The notes beneath the pieces are model-generated. The model saw only the letters and a list, made by a program, of their open reading frames with translations. It was not told where the DNA came from and did no database searches. Below, in pieces: positions 24,870 through 38,525 of a stretch of DNA of 64,000 nt; the first letter of the stretch is position 1; each line of letters begins with the position of its first letter. The translations under genes and the position numbers were made by a program. Location of the stretch: the NCBI GenBank assembly GCA_976551045.1, contig CDPCPM010000077.1:7068001-7132000 (forward strand), in the 5' to 3' direction. The stretch comes from Glaucostegus cemiculus (lineage: Eukaryota).

Positions 24870-26494
24870 CACCTTCTGTCTCTGAGTCACCAGTCCTACA
24901 TTTTGAGAAAGGATCAGCACCATGGTACATTTGCTGGACATAGCCAATGTAGTTGCCATATGCATGGAGGACCAGAGCTGGCTCCAGCTGTAAACTCGGT
25001 AACCTATGCAGGCAATGCACACACACCAACCTATGCACACAGTGCACATGTTTACTCTGTGCTACAGAGGTGAGAGTCATAGAGAGTCACACAGCACAGA
25101 AACAGGCCCTTCAGCCCAACTGGTCCATGATGACCAAGATGCCCATCCAAGCTAGTCCCATTTTTTGGCATTTTAATAGAAATCTTGGATATGTTGTGAA
25201 GTTTATTTTGAAACATGTTCCAATAGGGATCAAATGCAGTTGATGTGCATTTACATGTCAAGGATGAGTATTTGATTGCATTTTCCCTCACTGGATTGAT
25301 AAAGGATGAACTTTCTGCCACTCTGTCAGTATGATTCTGCTGGATAGCAAGTCAGTAGTAATCCTGCATTAATCATCCTCGTCCCACTTGCCTCTCCCAC
25401 TTTCTGTGAGGAGGGTTGTTGTGTTTTTGTAGTCATTTTGACTGAAGTTAACAAGGGTAAAGGATTTTTGGACCAAAGGGAATAAAGAATTGTTGGGAAT
25501 AGCCAGAGAAATGGATGGAGGCCCAGATCTGAGCAGTCATGACTTGTTGAACAGGCTGAATAGGAACTAGAAAGGTAAGTGGCACCTGAGTTTTCATTGC
25601 AAGGGAATTTGCATACAAGAGGTAAGATTTCCACTGAAAATTTATAGGATCCTGGTGAGACCACACCTGGAACATTATGCACAAGTCTGGTATCCCTGCC
25701 AGATTTCAGTGACAGAGGATGTCATGTGAGGAGAGATTAAGCTATTCTAAAGTTCAGAAGAATGAAAGAGGATCTCATTGAAGCAAGCAAAATTCTTGTG
25801 GCCTTGACAGGGTAGATGCAAGGGTGACCTTTTCCCTGGCTGGGGTGTCACAATCTCAATATGAGGAGCCAGCCATTCATTGTCAGAGATGGGATTAACT
25901 ATTCACCCAGAGGATGGTGAAGGTGAAACATTGGAACTCTCAACCCTAGTAGGTCATGGAAGCTTAGTTGCTGAGTATATTCAGCACGAAGATCAATAAA
26001 TGTTTGCATATTTAAGGGATATGTTGTTAGTGCAGGAATGTAGTACTAAGGTAATCCCATCTCAGCCATAATGTTATTGATTGGCAGAATAGATACAAGT
26101 AGGTGTATGACCTACTCTTGCTTGTATATCTTATGTTCATATGAATAGTCCTGCTCCTATTTCCTGTGCTCTATTATGAGCTTAGAACTTCATAATTTGT
26201 TGTCAAACATGATTTTTATATTCAGACAGGAGATGTAAAGGATATTTGACTTAGTTTTGGAGACTGGTTCCACAATCTATTCGGACTGCTCAATGTTGAT
26301 GCAGTGCTACTGAAATAACACTGAATTTGAGATCTAGTTTCTCCTAACTTATTTATTTTGCTTTGTGTCCTATAATCACCTTTCTTTCAAATTCCAGCGC
26401 CCTTCCATGCAACCCATGTTACTGATTTTAAACAGTGGAACTAATGCGAACTACCATAAAAGTGAATTTACAGTATTAACTGTTTCCTTTTCAG

Positions 26495-26592
26495 ATCAAT
26501 GAACTGAGCCATGTTCAGATTCCTGTTATGTTGATGCCAGATGACTTCAAAGCATTCAGCAAGATAAAAGTGGACAATCACCTTTTTAACAA
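26495..26592 (+). CDS. PIP4K2B: PI5P 4-kinase type-2 (beta-like), coding exon 2 (98 nt)
   Basis: Acceptor tttccttttcag, then [32 protein letters not shown](K), then donor AA|gtaggt. Peptide and phase-2 end match exon 2 of vertebrate PIP4K2 genes. Confidence 0.95.
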
Positions 26593-28138
26593 GTAGGTGG
26601 ACGGTGACTTTCATAGTTTTATTGCGTAGATGAAAAAGGGAGATATCCTTAAGTTTAATGATTTGAACCGGCTGTATTGAACTGTTAAACCTTCGTATAT
26701 AAAGTATACCCAGAATATTCTCTTTGAACTTTATTTTATTAAGCACAGAAAGATCTTCGGAGCTTAAGGGTTTTCTAATATATCAAATTAACTGAAATAA
26801 GCAAGTGTTTTTTTTAGTTCACAATCTGTGGCATTTGGATTTGGTTTGTTTAAATTTAGATTATTTTTCAATGCCCCTAAGAGGTATCATCACACTCAGG
26901 CATGTGTTATTCTTATTTCCTGATACCTTATTATATTCCCAGGACAAGGAACAGGGACTGGGGGAGAAAGGACAGGGGCAAACACTTTCTTGAGAGGACA
27001 TAGAAAGAATTGGCGAGCTAAACTTGTTTTTTTTTTCCATATCCAAACCAAGAATTACAAGAAAAGCACTGATTGAGGTACCATAAACAACTTATCCCCA
27101 GAATACTCTTGAATGAAGAATGACATGATGGCAGGACAATGGGACAGAGGACAACGAGAGAAATAGTTTGGAAAAGGAAAGGGAGGGAGTGTGTGGCAGT
27201 TGTCAATCTAGTAGACTGTTAGATAGAGACTTGCAGCTAATCTGTGTAAAAGTAAATACTATTCTAAATGTTGTTGGAATCTAACGATTGAATTTTATAT
27301 AATGAAGAACTGGGCTTCATTACTGTATCCAATGGAAGCCTTTAAAATTATGAAAGGGTTTGATAGGATAGATTTAGAGATGCTCTCGTTTCTGGGAAGA
27401 TCTAAATAAATAGGATTAAATATTATCATCAACAAATCCATTAAGAAACTAAAGAAAATCTTTTTTTTCAAACCAGTCAGTGTTTAGAATGTGCAATTCA
27501 CTACGGAACAATTGAGGTTGAGATGAGAAAATGTATTTGACAGGAAGCTAAGCAAGTATGAGAAGGAGAAAGGAACAGAAGGGTGCACTAAGAATGGGGG
27601 AAGGACTTTAGTGTGGAGCATAAGTACCAGCATTGAATAGAGAGACCAAACACCCTGTTCCTGTGTTTCAAATTCTAATTAATTCTATTAGTTCTCTGTC
27701 TGAGCCACTGCTTGGCAAACTTCAAAAGCAAGCATTTGAGAATTGAGAGAGATCTTGGAACGGGGTTAAGATGTGTTTGAGATCCAGACAGTCCTCCTTG
27801 TTGAAAGGGTATGATGCAGTTATTAAGGGAAATAGTAACTGTGTGGAAATTCAAATTCCTTTTGTTATTTCCTCTCTGTCACCCTCACTTTTTTTTTCTT
27901 GGAAGAAATAATAAAGTCACAGTTCCTGGCTGTGAGAGAGAATTTGGGAGGTCCAGCAATAAAATTAGATTTAATTAAAGTCTCTTCAGTGTGCTGTTTT
28001 GTTCAAGACTGAATGATTCCTGGAGGAAGAGATGCATCAGGCATATTAGCTCTCAGTAACTCATGGGCACTTGGTGTTTTATCAAAAAGTGGTTTAACAA
28101 CCCCAGTTTGAGGAAACTGTTGATTATGTTTTTTGTAG

Positions 28139-28235
28139 GGAGAATCTCCCAAGCCGTTTCAAATTTAAGGAGTATTGCCCGATGGTTTTTAGGAATCTGC
28201 GAGAGAGATTTTGCATCGATGATCAGGATTACCAG
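28139..28235 (+). CDS. PIP4K2B: PI5P 4-kinase type-2 (beta-like), coding exon 3 (97 nt)
   Basis: Acceptor ttttttgtag|G completes the AAG codon; encodes [32 protein letters not shown]; donor CAG|gttggt. ENLPSRF and DYQ are beta-type residues. Confidence 0.96.
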
Positions 28236-29694
28236 GTTGGTTTCTTTCAGATGTAAGGGTACATGATTTCTTTAACTCCTATTAATTTTACAATTAGATT
28301 ATAGGGCTTATTCAGGAACTGAAATTTGTTAAGAGGAGACAGAAGGTAACCAACTTTTGTAAACCAATTGCCATCTAGGGCTTTTTTTTGTAACTTGGAT
28401 TGGAGTGGACTGCATGATTTGTTGGGAGTCACTTTGATTTGTACACTAACCTATTTCAACATTGGGGCCAAAACATTATGTTCTGTGGTTTTGATAGACC
28501 TTGTAATCTAATTGAAACATACAAGATGCTAAAGGAACTTGACAGTGTAGATGCTGTGAAGATGTTTCCCCTTCTGGGGAAATCTAGAACTAGAGGGCAT
28601 GGTCTTGGATAAAGGTTTGGCCATTTCAGAGTGAGATGAGGTGGAACTTCTTATCTTAGATAATTTAAGAGCATTAGAAATTGAGGCAAGACTAGTCCAT
28701 TTGACCCCTTGCACCTCCTGCACTGTTCAGTAAGATCATGGCTGACTTTTTGACCTCAGTGCCACTTTTCTGCACCCTATTTCCCTTGATTCCCTTAATA
28801 TCTAAAAGTCTACGACCTTTGTCTTGAATATACTAAGTGACCAAGTCTCCACAGCTGTCTTAGGTGGAGAATGCCAAAGATCCATTAGCCTGTGGGTGAA
28901 GAAATTTCTCCTCCGCTCTCTCCTGAATGGACTATCATTTATTTTGAGACATTGACCCCTGGCTTTACACACCTCAACCAGGAGAAACATCAACTCTCCA
29001 CCTACCCTGTCATACTCTATCAGAATTTTGATATTTGTGTATATTTGGAATTCTCTAACCCAGAGAGCTATAGAAGCTAAGGCATTACTTGTATGCAGAT
29101 AGATTTTGGTTTTTAGAGGAATCGAGGGTTACAGGCATTAGCAGATAAATAAAGCTGAGTCTAAATCTTGTTGAAAGGCAGAGCAGGCTGAAGAGGCATG
29201 TGGCCTACTCTTTATTTTTTCTGTATCTTTGTTTCACTATCTGATCAACTTTCAGCCACTAATTATTGCTTTGACATCAGTGCTTGGCCTGTTTAAGCGC
29301 GATTGATAGATTCTTGATTGGTAAGGGAGGTGAAGAGTTACGGGGAGAAGGCGGGAAAATGGGGTTGAAAAAATCTGCCATGATTGAATGGCAGAGCAGA
29401 CTCGATGGGCTAATTCTGCTCCTCTGTCTTATGGTCTGTATAATGAAATATAAAAGTTTCAAGTATACAGTTCAGAACTTGTGTTTTTGTTGGGACCATG
29501 GCCAACCAGCTCACTTTCTATGCAACCAACATTCTTCCTTCTCTAGAAGAAAGAAATCTAAAAAAAAAGGAACTGCAGTTTGTGATGTTCGTAAAACTAC
29601 TCACCAATTACTCATTAGGAGGGAAGGAACTTAATGCTGTTCCCCTTATTATTGTACATTGTATTTTTTGTCCAACTGATTGAAACGTGCTTGA

Positions 29695-30032
29695 CAGAGT
29701 GACAGAGTGGTGCATCCAGAGGAGCTGCTGCCTCACAGCCCCAGCCACCTGGGTTCAATTCTGACCCCAGGTGCTGTACGTGTGGAGTTTGCACATTCTC
29801 CTTGTAATCATGTGGGTTCCCCCCCCCCACCCCCAACATCTCAGATACATGAGAGTTGGTAGTTTAATTGGCAAATGAGTAGATGAATGGTAGAATCTGA
29901 GGGGAGCTGATGGGAAGTGGGGAGAAGTGTGGGGGAGAATAAAGTCAGATTAGTATAAGATTAGGGGCCATTCGATGGTTGGTATGGATGTGATGGGCCG
30001 AAGTGCCTGTTTCCGTGCTGAATGACTCTATA
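29695..30032 (+). mobile_element. Older HE1-like V-SINE
   Basis: gctgcctcacagc...gggttcaattctgacc...gtgtggagtttgcacattctcc, ending in the CR1-like gggccgaagtgcctgtttccgtgctg. Related minus-strand copies lie at about 2400-2550 and 37170-37430. Confidence 0.7.
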
Positions 30033-33000
30033 GGTTGATTTGTTTCACAACAGGTTTGTTAGATTGTTGAATAGAATGCAGTCTAGGCTCTGGAAATCTT
30101 AATCACATAAGAAACAGGAGATGAAGAAGACAGTCATTTGATCCTGCTTTGCTATACTGTAAGATTTGTGCCTCGTCCACTAACCCTCAATCTCCTTGGT
30201 ATCCAAAAATCTCTTCACCTGAGTTAAATGTACGAAACTGAGACACGCAGACCAAGGAGGATACGCATGCAGCGGGCACCTGCAGTTCCTGATCTCCGCT
30301 GGAGGACTGACAGCAAGGCGCAAGTCAGCCAGGAACTGCTGCCCAGTGACTCCACCTGCTGGAACCAGAGTAAGGCTGGCCTGATGTGCTTGGGCTCAGG
30401 CAACAGCTGCAACCAATACTCTAGCATCCCTCGCCAGCGTGAGTCATACCTTCAAAGAAGTAAATGAGGAAATGGCGGCAGCAGCAGAGGGCTTGACCAT
30501 TACTAAAGGCTGTGACTAATAAGATTAACCGCACTGTGCAACATCATCACAGCATAGAGTAGAATCAGAGAAAAGTAGAGCAGTTGGCACATCGAGCCTG
30601 AGCCAACTCTTTCGAAAGACAATGTGGATAATCCCATTCTCTCATTTAATATTTTTATTTTGCCTTCATATATTAACTTAGTTCCCTGTCTAATTAATAT
30701 TGAATCTAATTTCATCACCCTACTTGGCAATGTCTTGCAAACACTCAGAGCAGTAAAACTATACCGGATTGTGCTAATGTCATGGTGATTTGGTGTAATA
30801 AAGATCACCGTTATACATATTACCAATTGCATTTTCAGCAGAGTCAACAAAATTATTTTGATTTTGGACCTATGATTAGTATAAGAACAGCATGGGAGAT
30901 GAGTTGTGTGGTTCAAAAAATGGTTGTGTTCTGTAACTGGCGTTTTGATAGTTAAATAAGAATGGCGCCATTACCTTGAAAAGGCAATAGATTGAGGAAA
31001 CCCTGTGCACTTTTGCTGTATTCATCAAACCAATAATAGTTATTTTGCCTCTTTTATTCCGGATATAGGCGGCATTGGCAAGAGTGGAAGTTATTACTTG
31101 TTCTTAGTTTGGGAAGGTGAGACACTTACTTTGAACTGCTGCAGCCTTGGTTCTATTCTTTGTAGTGATCGGGCTAGTCATTTCAGAGGACAATAAAGAG
31201 TTGGTCACACTGCGGTAGGTCAGTCCCTGCAAGGTGGCAAGCTGCCTTTCCTGAAAGATGTGAGTCAGCCTCGAGTTTCAGCAACAACCTGACAGTTTCG
31301 TAGTGACTAATATTTGTGTTTCTCTTAGTTTCAATTCTGGTCAAGAACGATGTAAAGGGATACATGTAGAGAAAATATTTCCACTTATGGGGAAGACCAA
31401 AACTATGGGTCTGGTGGTCATTAAAGAAGCTAACAGGGAACTCAGGCGAAATCTTGCCAGAACTTCATCAGAATGTGGAAACTGCTATTGCATGGAGAAG
31501 TTGTGGTTACCAGTATAAATACATTTAAGGAGAAGCTCAAAAAAACATGAGGGAGTAAGAAACTGATGGGGGAAGGTGAAGAGAGGAACAATAAACACCA
31601 GTGTAACTCATCTGTGTCAAGTGGCCTGCTTTTGTGAAGTAAATTCTATCTATAAGTTAGATCCTGTTCTGATGTTGGAATCATCCGTCAATGAGAAATT
31701 ATGGCGTAGGGAGCCCCTTCCAAACCTGCAGGTTCACAGAATCACCAAAATCAAATCGTTTTGGTAACCTGAAACTTGGATTCTGAATGGAAACAGTGTC
31801 CATATTTACATTTATGTTCAAACCGTCTGCAGGGACTTGATTGCTTTGGTTGCAACGAATAAATAACCAGCCAAGAGGTGCAAAGCTGTCAGTAGGTGGC
31901 CATTGATACAGTGGATATAAAGGGCAGGTGAGAGGGTGGATATCCTGCTGCAAGTGATTCACCTCCTGACACCCCAAAGCCTTTCCACCACCTAATAGGC
32001 GCGTGTCATGTAGTGAAATTCTGTCTAATTGCCTGGATGAGTGCAGCTGCAACAGGAGTTAAGAAACTCAACATCAAATAACACAAGGCGGCCCATTTGA
32101 TTGACCCAAAGACGTTGACCCCTCCCAGAACTGGTAGACCATGGTTTCAGCATGTCTCATTGGAGTCACTTACCTAGATTCACCTGACAGCACCTCCCAA
32201 ACCTCTGCGCTCTACCACCAAGAATGACAAGGATGAGGGCAGCGGGTACATGGGAACACCACCTGCGGGTTCTCTTCCAAGTCATTCACCATCCTGACTT
32301 GGAAATATTTTGCTGCTGCTTCTTCATCAGTGGTCTAATTCCAGGAATCCTTCCCATCAGTACAGTGGGAGTACCTTCACCAAGGACGACAGCAATTTAA
32401 GGTTACAGCACCTTCCTCTGAGCTCATGGAGGATAAATATGATGCCTGTGACCTGTAGATAGAATTGCAATGTATACTGTGAATTTATAGGTACTGATCT
32501 GAATAGTGGTCATTGAAATCAGTGACCATAAGGTATTTCCGGGAGATCTGTATCACAGGGCATTAAATATTGAGAATGCATGCATGTGTCTATTGGTGGG
32601 GGGAGTGAAAGGTGAGCCGAATGTCACTTGGGCACGTGGGATTTTGATTTTATGTTCTTGACTCTCGGCACCAGGCCGGGCGATTATTGAACAAGTGCTG
32701 CTGAAAGCGGTCACAAACAGTGAAACAGCTGACTAGGAAAAAGCAGCCTGAAGATAAATGCCCTTGTTGACCAGTCTCGTTTCCAAGTTCAGATCCTGGT
32801 ACGGGTTTGAGCCCAGCTAAACAGCTGCAGTGTCCAAGCACAGTGCTGGTCACATTCTTCAATTGGTCTGAGCTCCTTTCTACTCAAAACAATGAGTTTC
32901 AGAACAAAATTACTTGCCTTGGAAGGACTGTGTAGGTTCGGTGTACTACATCCCACTCCCATGACAGTTCTCAGTTGCTTTTACATCTCCAGGAAGACAG

Positions 33001-33829
33001 CCCATTTAGACACTGGGAGAGTCAGCGCCAAGGACAATCGCTGGACTCACTGGCTCCAGTGGATTGAGACTCTCTCCCCTCCAGGGGCCTGTCTAATCAC
33101 CACGGCTTCTGGGAAGTTTGAATCTGTTGATTTCAATGCAGTAAGGAACCCCGTGTCCCTCCGATTCTTGTCTTTCTCACTGACTGTGCTCTCCAGTGTT
33201 GCTACCTGCCTGCAGCAACCCTTTTTAAATGCAAGCACTCAAATTTTTATGGCTTCTCCTTTTCACAAATATTTAGACAACATAGACATCGTGGTTCCGG
33301 TAAGCTGCTGATATTTACCTCCTTGCCTTAGGCTTACTGGAACCAGCAATACCTTTAACAATACCCATGGCTACAAAATGCAGTTTTAAATAAGTCTGAT
33401 TGCAGGGCAGAAACACGAATCAAAGCAGCTCATTCTGTTGTAATAAACTCTAACATTAATAATTTAGAGCCAGGTTCCCAGAGCTCGGGAGTGTGGTTCA
33501 AATTTAACAGCAAGTGTTTACATGTGAGAGACATTAGCAGTTGAAACGTAATGCATCTGTGAGTTTGGTTGCGGGCACTGCTAGTTTCGGTAAACTGACA
33601 ATGTGAAATATAGCCCCAAAACATTACTAATTTATCTTAATTAGGATGTGTTCATTGTGTGAATATTTATGAAAAAGGGAATCCGTTAAATTTTCAGATT
33701 TAGTTAAAAAATTGAGTTCCAGTATTAAAAGCAAAGGATTTACACTAAATTGCTTCTTCCGTGATTCTGTGCATCTGGATTTGGCTGACATCCACAAGAA
33801 CATTGGCAAAGTGGCACCAAGACCTATGG

Positions 33830-33893
33830 ATGTTGAATGGCACAGGCCCACATATGTTGAATGGCACAGGCCCACATATGAAGAAGGCACAGG
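33830..33893 (+). repeat. 24-bp tandem repeat
   Basis: ATGTTGAATGGCACAGGCCCACAT twice exactly, plus a degenerate third unit. Confidence 0.9.
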
Positions 33894-35576
33894 TAAATGG
33901 TTGGTGTCTTTAGAATAATGCAAGAGATACATGTAAGGACGAGGAATAAAATGCGGGGGGGAATAAATGAAATTAGATTGTCATAACACAGCAGGTGAGG
34001 CTATTTTAATACTAGGGACAGGAGAATTCGTTTGGGATCAGTTCAGCTACACTGTAGCCTGGAGAGTGCCTTCAGGAAATAGTGGGTGGAAAGTAATTGA
34101 ATTGGAGAACCGCACCATTGTACGCCAAATAATCTCTTTCACTACAGGAATGGGGTGTAATTGGATGGAGGGTTATACCAAAAATTGCAAACCCTTTAAT
34201 TCAGAGAAAGGAATTCAGAGTCCAGTACAACAGCTGGGAATAAGCTAGTCAAATAGACACTGAAATAAAAGGCTGATATTTTAAGTGGTAGCCATGAAAC
34301 TGTCAGATTGTTGTACAAACCCATCTGGTTCAATAATGTCCATTGGGAAAGGCAATTGTAGACAAAGAATAAATAGTTTTCCCACAAAGGAGGCTACTTG
34401 GCCCATCAAATGCATACTAGCTTCAGTCCTTTCCTCCATAACCCTGCAAATTATTTTCCCTGAAGTGCTTGCCCGATTCCTTTTTGAAAATCTGCCACCC
34501 TTCTTTGACCTGGCCTAGAAATGACCGCAGACTGCCCTCAGAAACGACCTAGCGAGTTGTTCAAGGGCAGTTAAGGATGGGTAATAATGTCAGAGTCATG
34601 CCTGCATCCCATGAATGAATGAAGAAATAGCTTTATACGCCAGTTGTGATTGGGTTGCTTGTGAAATCCTGAATTGCAGTATGTGATAGACTAGATCTTT
34701 TAGATAATTGTTTCATGAACCTTGTGTTTGAACATTTCTCCCAAATTGGAATCTGTGTTTGTGCAAGGGTGGAGATAAAAACTTCTCTTGTTTATTTAAG
34801 TGTTTGACCAGTATTGTGTTTAAATCACCTTTATTGACATTTCAAAGTCCACTTGTTTTGTATGTATTTTGTCTGTCTAGATACAAGTCTGCTTCACTGA
34901 AACATATCCTCAAGGGAACTGACAGTAAAGACTGTTAAATCAGTGTGTTCACTACAGCAGAATTTCCAGACTTACTGCTTTGTAGTAAGCATAGGCAAAC
35001 AATTTGAATTGGATATATTGTTATGTTGAAGTACTATACTTCACATTTGTTGTGCCTATCCCAACATATGCTGGTTCTGTCATTTTAAGAAGTTCAAAAG
35101 GAGAATTTACGAAGCCAGTGAGGTGTGTTTGAATGTATTCACTGTTGTAATGTATCAAATCTGGCAGCCGGTGACTGTAACTCTGTTCCATAAATGACAG
35201 TAAGGTAGTGACCAGCTATTCTATTTTGCTTGAATAAAAACGGAAAATGCCAGAGGTTCTCAAGCAGGGCTGGCAGTACCCGTGGAGAGAGAAGCAGGGA
35301 TAACAATTCAGATTGATGAAATGGCTAAAGTAGTAATCTTGTTTCTCTCTCCACAGATGCTGTCTGACCTGTTGAGTATCTCCTGCAGTTTCTGTTTTTA
35401 TTTCAGATTTCTAGCACCTCTGCTTTTAGAACCTATTTTGCTTAGTGATATTTGTTGAGGAATGAATATTGGTAGAGAGACCCCCTACCCCCAAACCCCT
35501 TCTGAACAAACAAAAAGTTCCCAGCTTTAGACAGTGTGAAATTCTGCTATTGCACTTCCGAACACATTATATGAAT

Positions 35577-35875
35577 GCAGGTACGGTAGTGTAGTGGTTA
35601 GCGTAACGCTTTACCGTGCCAGCCAAATCAGTTCAAATCCAGCCGCTGTCTGCAAGGAGTTTGTACGTTCTTCCTGTGTCTGTATGGGTTTCCTCCAGAT
35701 GCTCTGGTTTCCTCCCACATTCCAAAGACATACGGGTTAGGAAGTTGTGGGCATGCTATGTTGGCGCTGGAAGCATGGTGACACTAGCAGGCTGCCCCCA
35801 GAATGCTCTAAGCAAAAAGATGTATTTCACTGTGTGTGTTGATGTACAAATGATTGTTAAAGATATCTTATATAT
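35577..35875 (+). mobile_element. V-SINE, tail type A
   Basis: Same head, core and tail as 7572-7861. Confidence 0.85.
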
Positions 35876-38195
35876 AATCTCCAGTTCTTTGGTTTCTATG
35901 TCTTTGCCACTACAGTGAAGAGCGTGAGAAACCAGGGCTGTTATGAATCTGAGTCCACAGCAAACTGCCTTTATTTACTCTTAAGTACCTTTTGAATTAG
36001 TCTGCAAGCCATTCAGTTCTGGAGCAATAACAGCTGGTTTTACTGTCAAAACTTGTGTCCTGTAAATAAATCAAAATTTTGACCCAGACTGCAGTACAAG
36101 TGTTCTTGTATTCCTTGGTTAGGAATGTGGACATACTCCTTCAAACTTGGGTAAAATTATTGACTTAGAGAGGTTTATGTACTGAATTGCTGTTTGAGTA
36201 AAATATGTAAATTCTGTGGAGTGCAGTCCTGCAATAGTTAATTTTTCTAATGAGTTGAGAGTAAAAGTTGGAAACGCTGAACATTTACAATAATCAGAAA
36301 TATTAATTCTGTATCCCTCACTATGTATTTGCCTAATATCAGCATTATTTTGGATTTCCATGTTTGGAATATCTCCTTTTTGATTGCAGTTTGGACTTCA
36401 TTGCCTTGCTTTCAGTCCTGTTTGGGACACTGCATGCAGTACCAACCTTATGCCACTAGATATCTCTGCATTTTGCAAAATGCAGCCAGTATTTACATGA
36501 AATATGTATTCTATATTGGCTCCTGCAGTTGAACTATAGATGCTTCACAATAGTGCTTTTCTTATGTTGCAGTAGGTTAGATTCAGTGAGGCAACAGGCT
36601 TTCATTTTATTCATGGAGGCCAGAGTCTTCAGTGAGGCAAGGTTTTTATTGCCCTCCCCTAATTGCCGTTGAGCTGAGTGGCTTGTTAGGCTTTTTTGCC
36701 CCCAGAGTTGACACCACTGCTGTGGGTCTGGAACTGCATCTAGACAAAATTGGATAAAGGTGGCAGATTTCCTTACCCTAAAGTATATTAATGAGCCAAT
36801 TAATTTTTACAACAGTTCTTTAATTTCTTGGTCACTATTATTGCTACCAGCATTTATTTCTAGATTTGTTTAATTTTTAAATTCCTCATCTGCCCTGGTG
36901 TAAGTTAAACCAAGGTGTGTTGAACATCTCTGGCAATCACCATACTCTCTGCTACAAGCATTTTATCATCAGTGGAAGAAATGTTCTGGCAGAAGGAGGT
37001 GAATCTGCCTGGAAAGGAGATATAATACTGCTTCAGATTAAATTAGCCATGGACACAGGCACAAACTAGCATCAGGTACATTTAGGACTTTGGTTTGGGA
37101 GTCTCTTGTTCACGAGAAGCGGGAATAGCATTGGAAAAGAGACTTCCCACTTTTCCTCATGACACAGAAGGACATTGTTTCGGATTCACAGAGCAATCCA
37201 ATTCCCCCGCTAATTCTTGTAATTTATTCTACTCTCAGATTCTACCATTCAGCACACACTAGAGGCAATTTTATAGTGTCCAATTAACCTCCCAACCTAT
37301 ATGTTTTTGGGATGTGGGAGGAAACAAGGGCATCCGAGGAGATCCCCGTAGTCACAGATGCACGCTCCACACAGACAGCACCGAAGGTCGGGATTGAACC
37401 TTGGACATTGGAGCTGAGACCCTGTGCCTTCTAGGAAGAATAGTTACAGAGTCGTACAGCATGGAAACAGACCCTTTGGCCCAACTCGTCCTTGCCGATT
37501 GTGTTGCCCAGTGAACTAGATCCATCTGCCCGCGTTTGGCCTATGGCCCTCGAAACCTCTCCTATCCATGTACTTGTCTAGATGGCTATTAAATGTTGCT
37601 AATGTGCCAGCCAGTTGATTCAAAGACTCTAGAATCCTTTGAGAAACAAAGGCTATTGCAGACTAATGAAATAAGCTAGGTTGAATGGGTTACTGATCTT
37701 AAGGACCACAAGAGATAGGGATGGGAGTAAGCCATTCAATTGATCGAGCCTGCTCCACCGTTCAGTGGGATTGTAGCTGCTCCAATGCTCTGTCCCTTAT
37801 CGTGCTCTTTCCCTAAAACCATAGATTCCTTAAATGATTAGAAATCTATCTTTCCCAGCCTTCAATACACACCAGTGTCACCACAGCTCTCAATGGCAAG
37901 GAGTTCCAAAGACTCAACCCTCTGATTCCTCTGTAATATATAGGCATGGTTGTAAATTATAATACTTGAACTCTGAACTGGAGGCTGGGATCAGCCAGTG
38001 CTTGAAAAGAAAGAGTAATGGGTCTACATTTGAACAGTGACCTTTCTCCATTTTGGGTAACAGTCCCAGGTAAGTATCGACATGGCTTTTCCCACTGCAG
38101 GTGTGTCATTGGCTGAACAAGTTTGATGGCGGTGGGTGGTGTGGGGAAGGAGATTATTGATAGATGACTGGTGACATTTCTTCTAAGCTAAAATA

Positions 38196-38525
38196 CGGCA
38201 AGGTAGCATAGTGGGACGGCACAGTAGCATAGTGGTTAGCACAATGCTTTACAGCGCCGGTGACCCGGGTTCAACTCCGGCCGCTGTCTGTAAGGAGTTT
38301 GTACGTTCTGCCCGTGTCTGCGTGGGTTTCCTCAGGGTGCTCTGGTTTCCTCCCACATTCCAAAGATGTACAGGTTAGGAAGTTGTGGGCATGCTATGTT
38401 GGTGCCGGAAGCGTGGCGACACTTGCGGGCAGCCTCCCGAACACTCTACGCAAAATGATATATTTCACTGTGTGTTTTGATGTACATGTGACTAATAAAG
38501 ATCTTATCTTACTTTATCTCTTATC
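38196..38525 (+). mobile_element. V-SINE, tail type A, with duplicated 5' head
   Basis: cggcaaggtagcatagtgg is followed by cggcacagtagcatagtgg; the tail ends in atcttatcttactttatctc. Confidence 0.88.

Noticed and set aside
1-26494. Search for exon 1 (KTKKKHF...LMWGVNH) and a promoter CpG island
   Set aside because: Neither was found, so they are presumed to lie upstream of the window.
33830-33893. Short direct repeats as a possible CRISPR-like array
   Set aside because: The units are adjacent with no spacers, and the context is a eukaryotic intron. It is an ordinary minisatellite.
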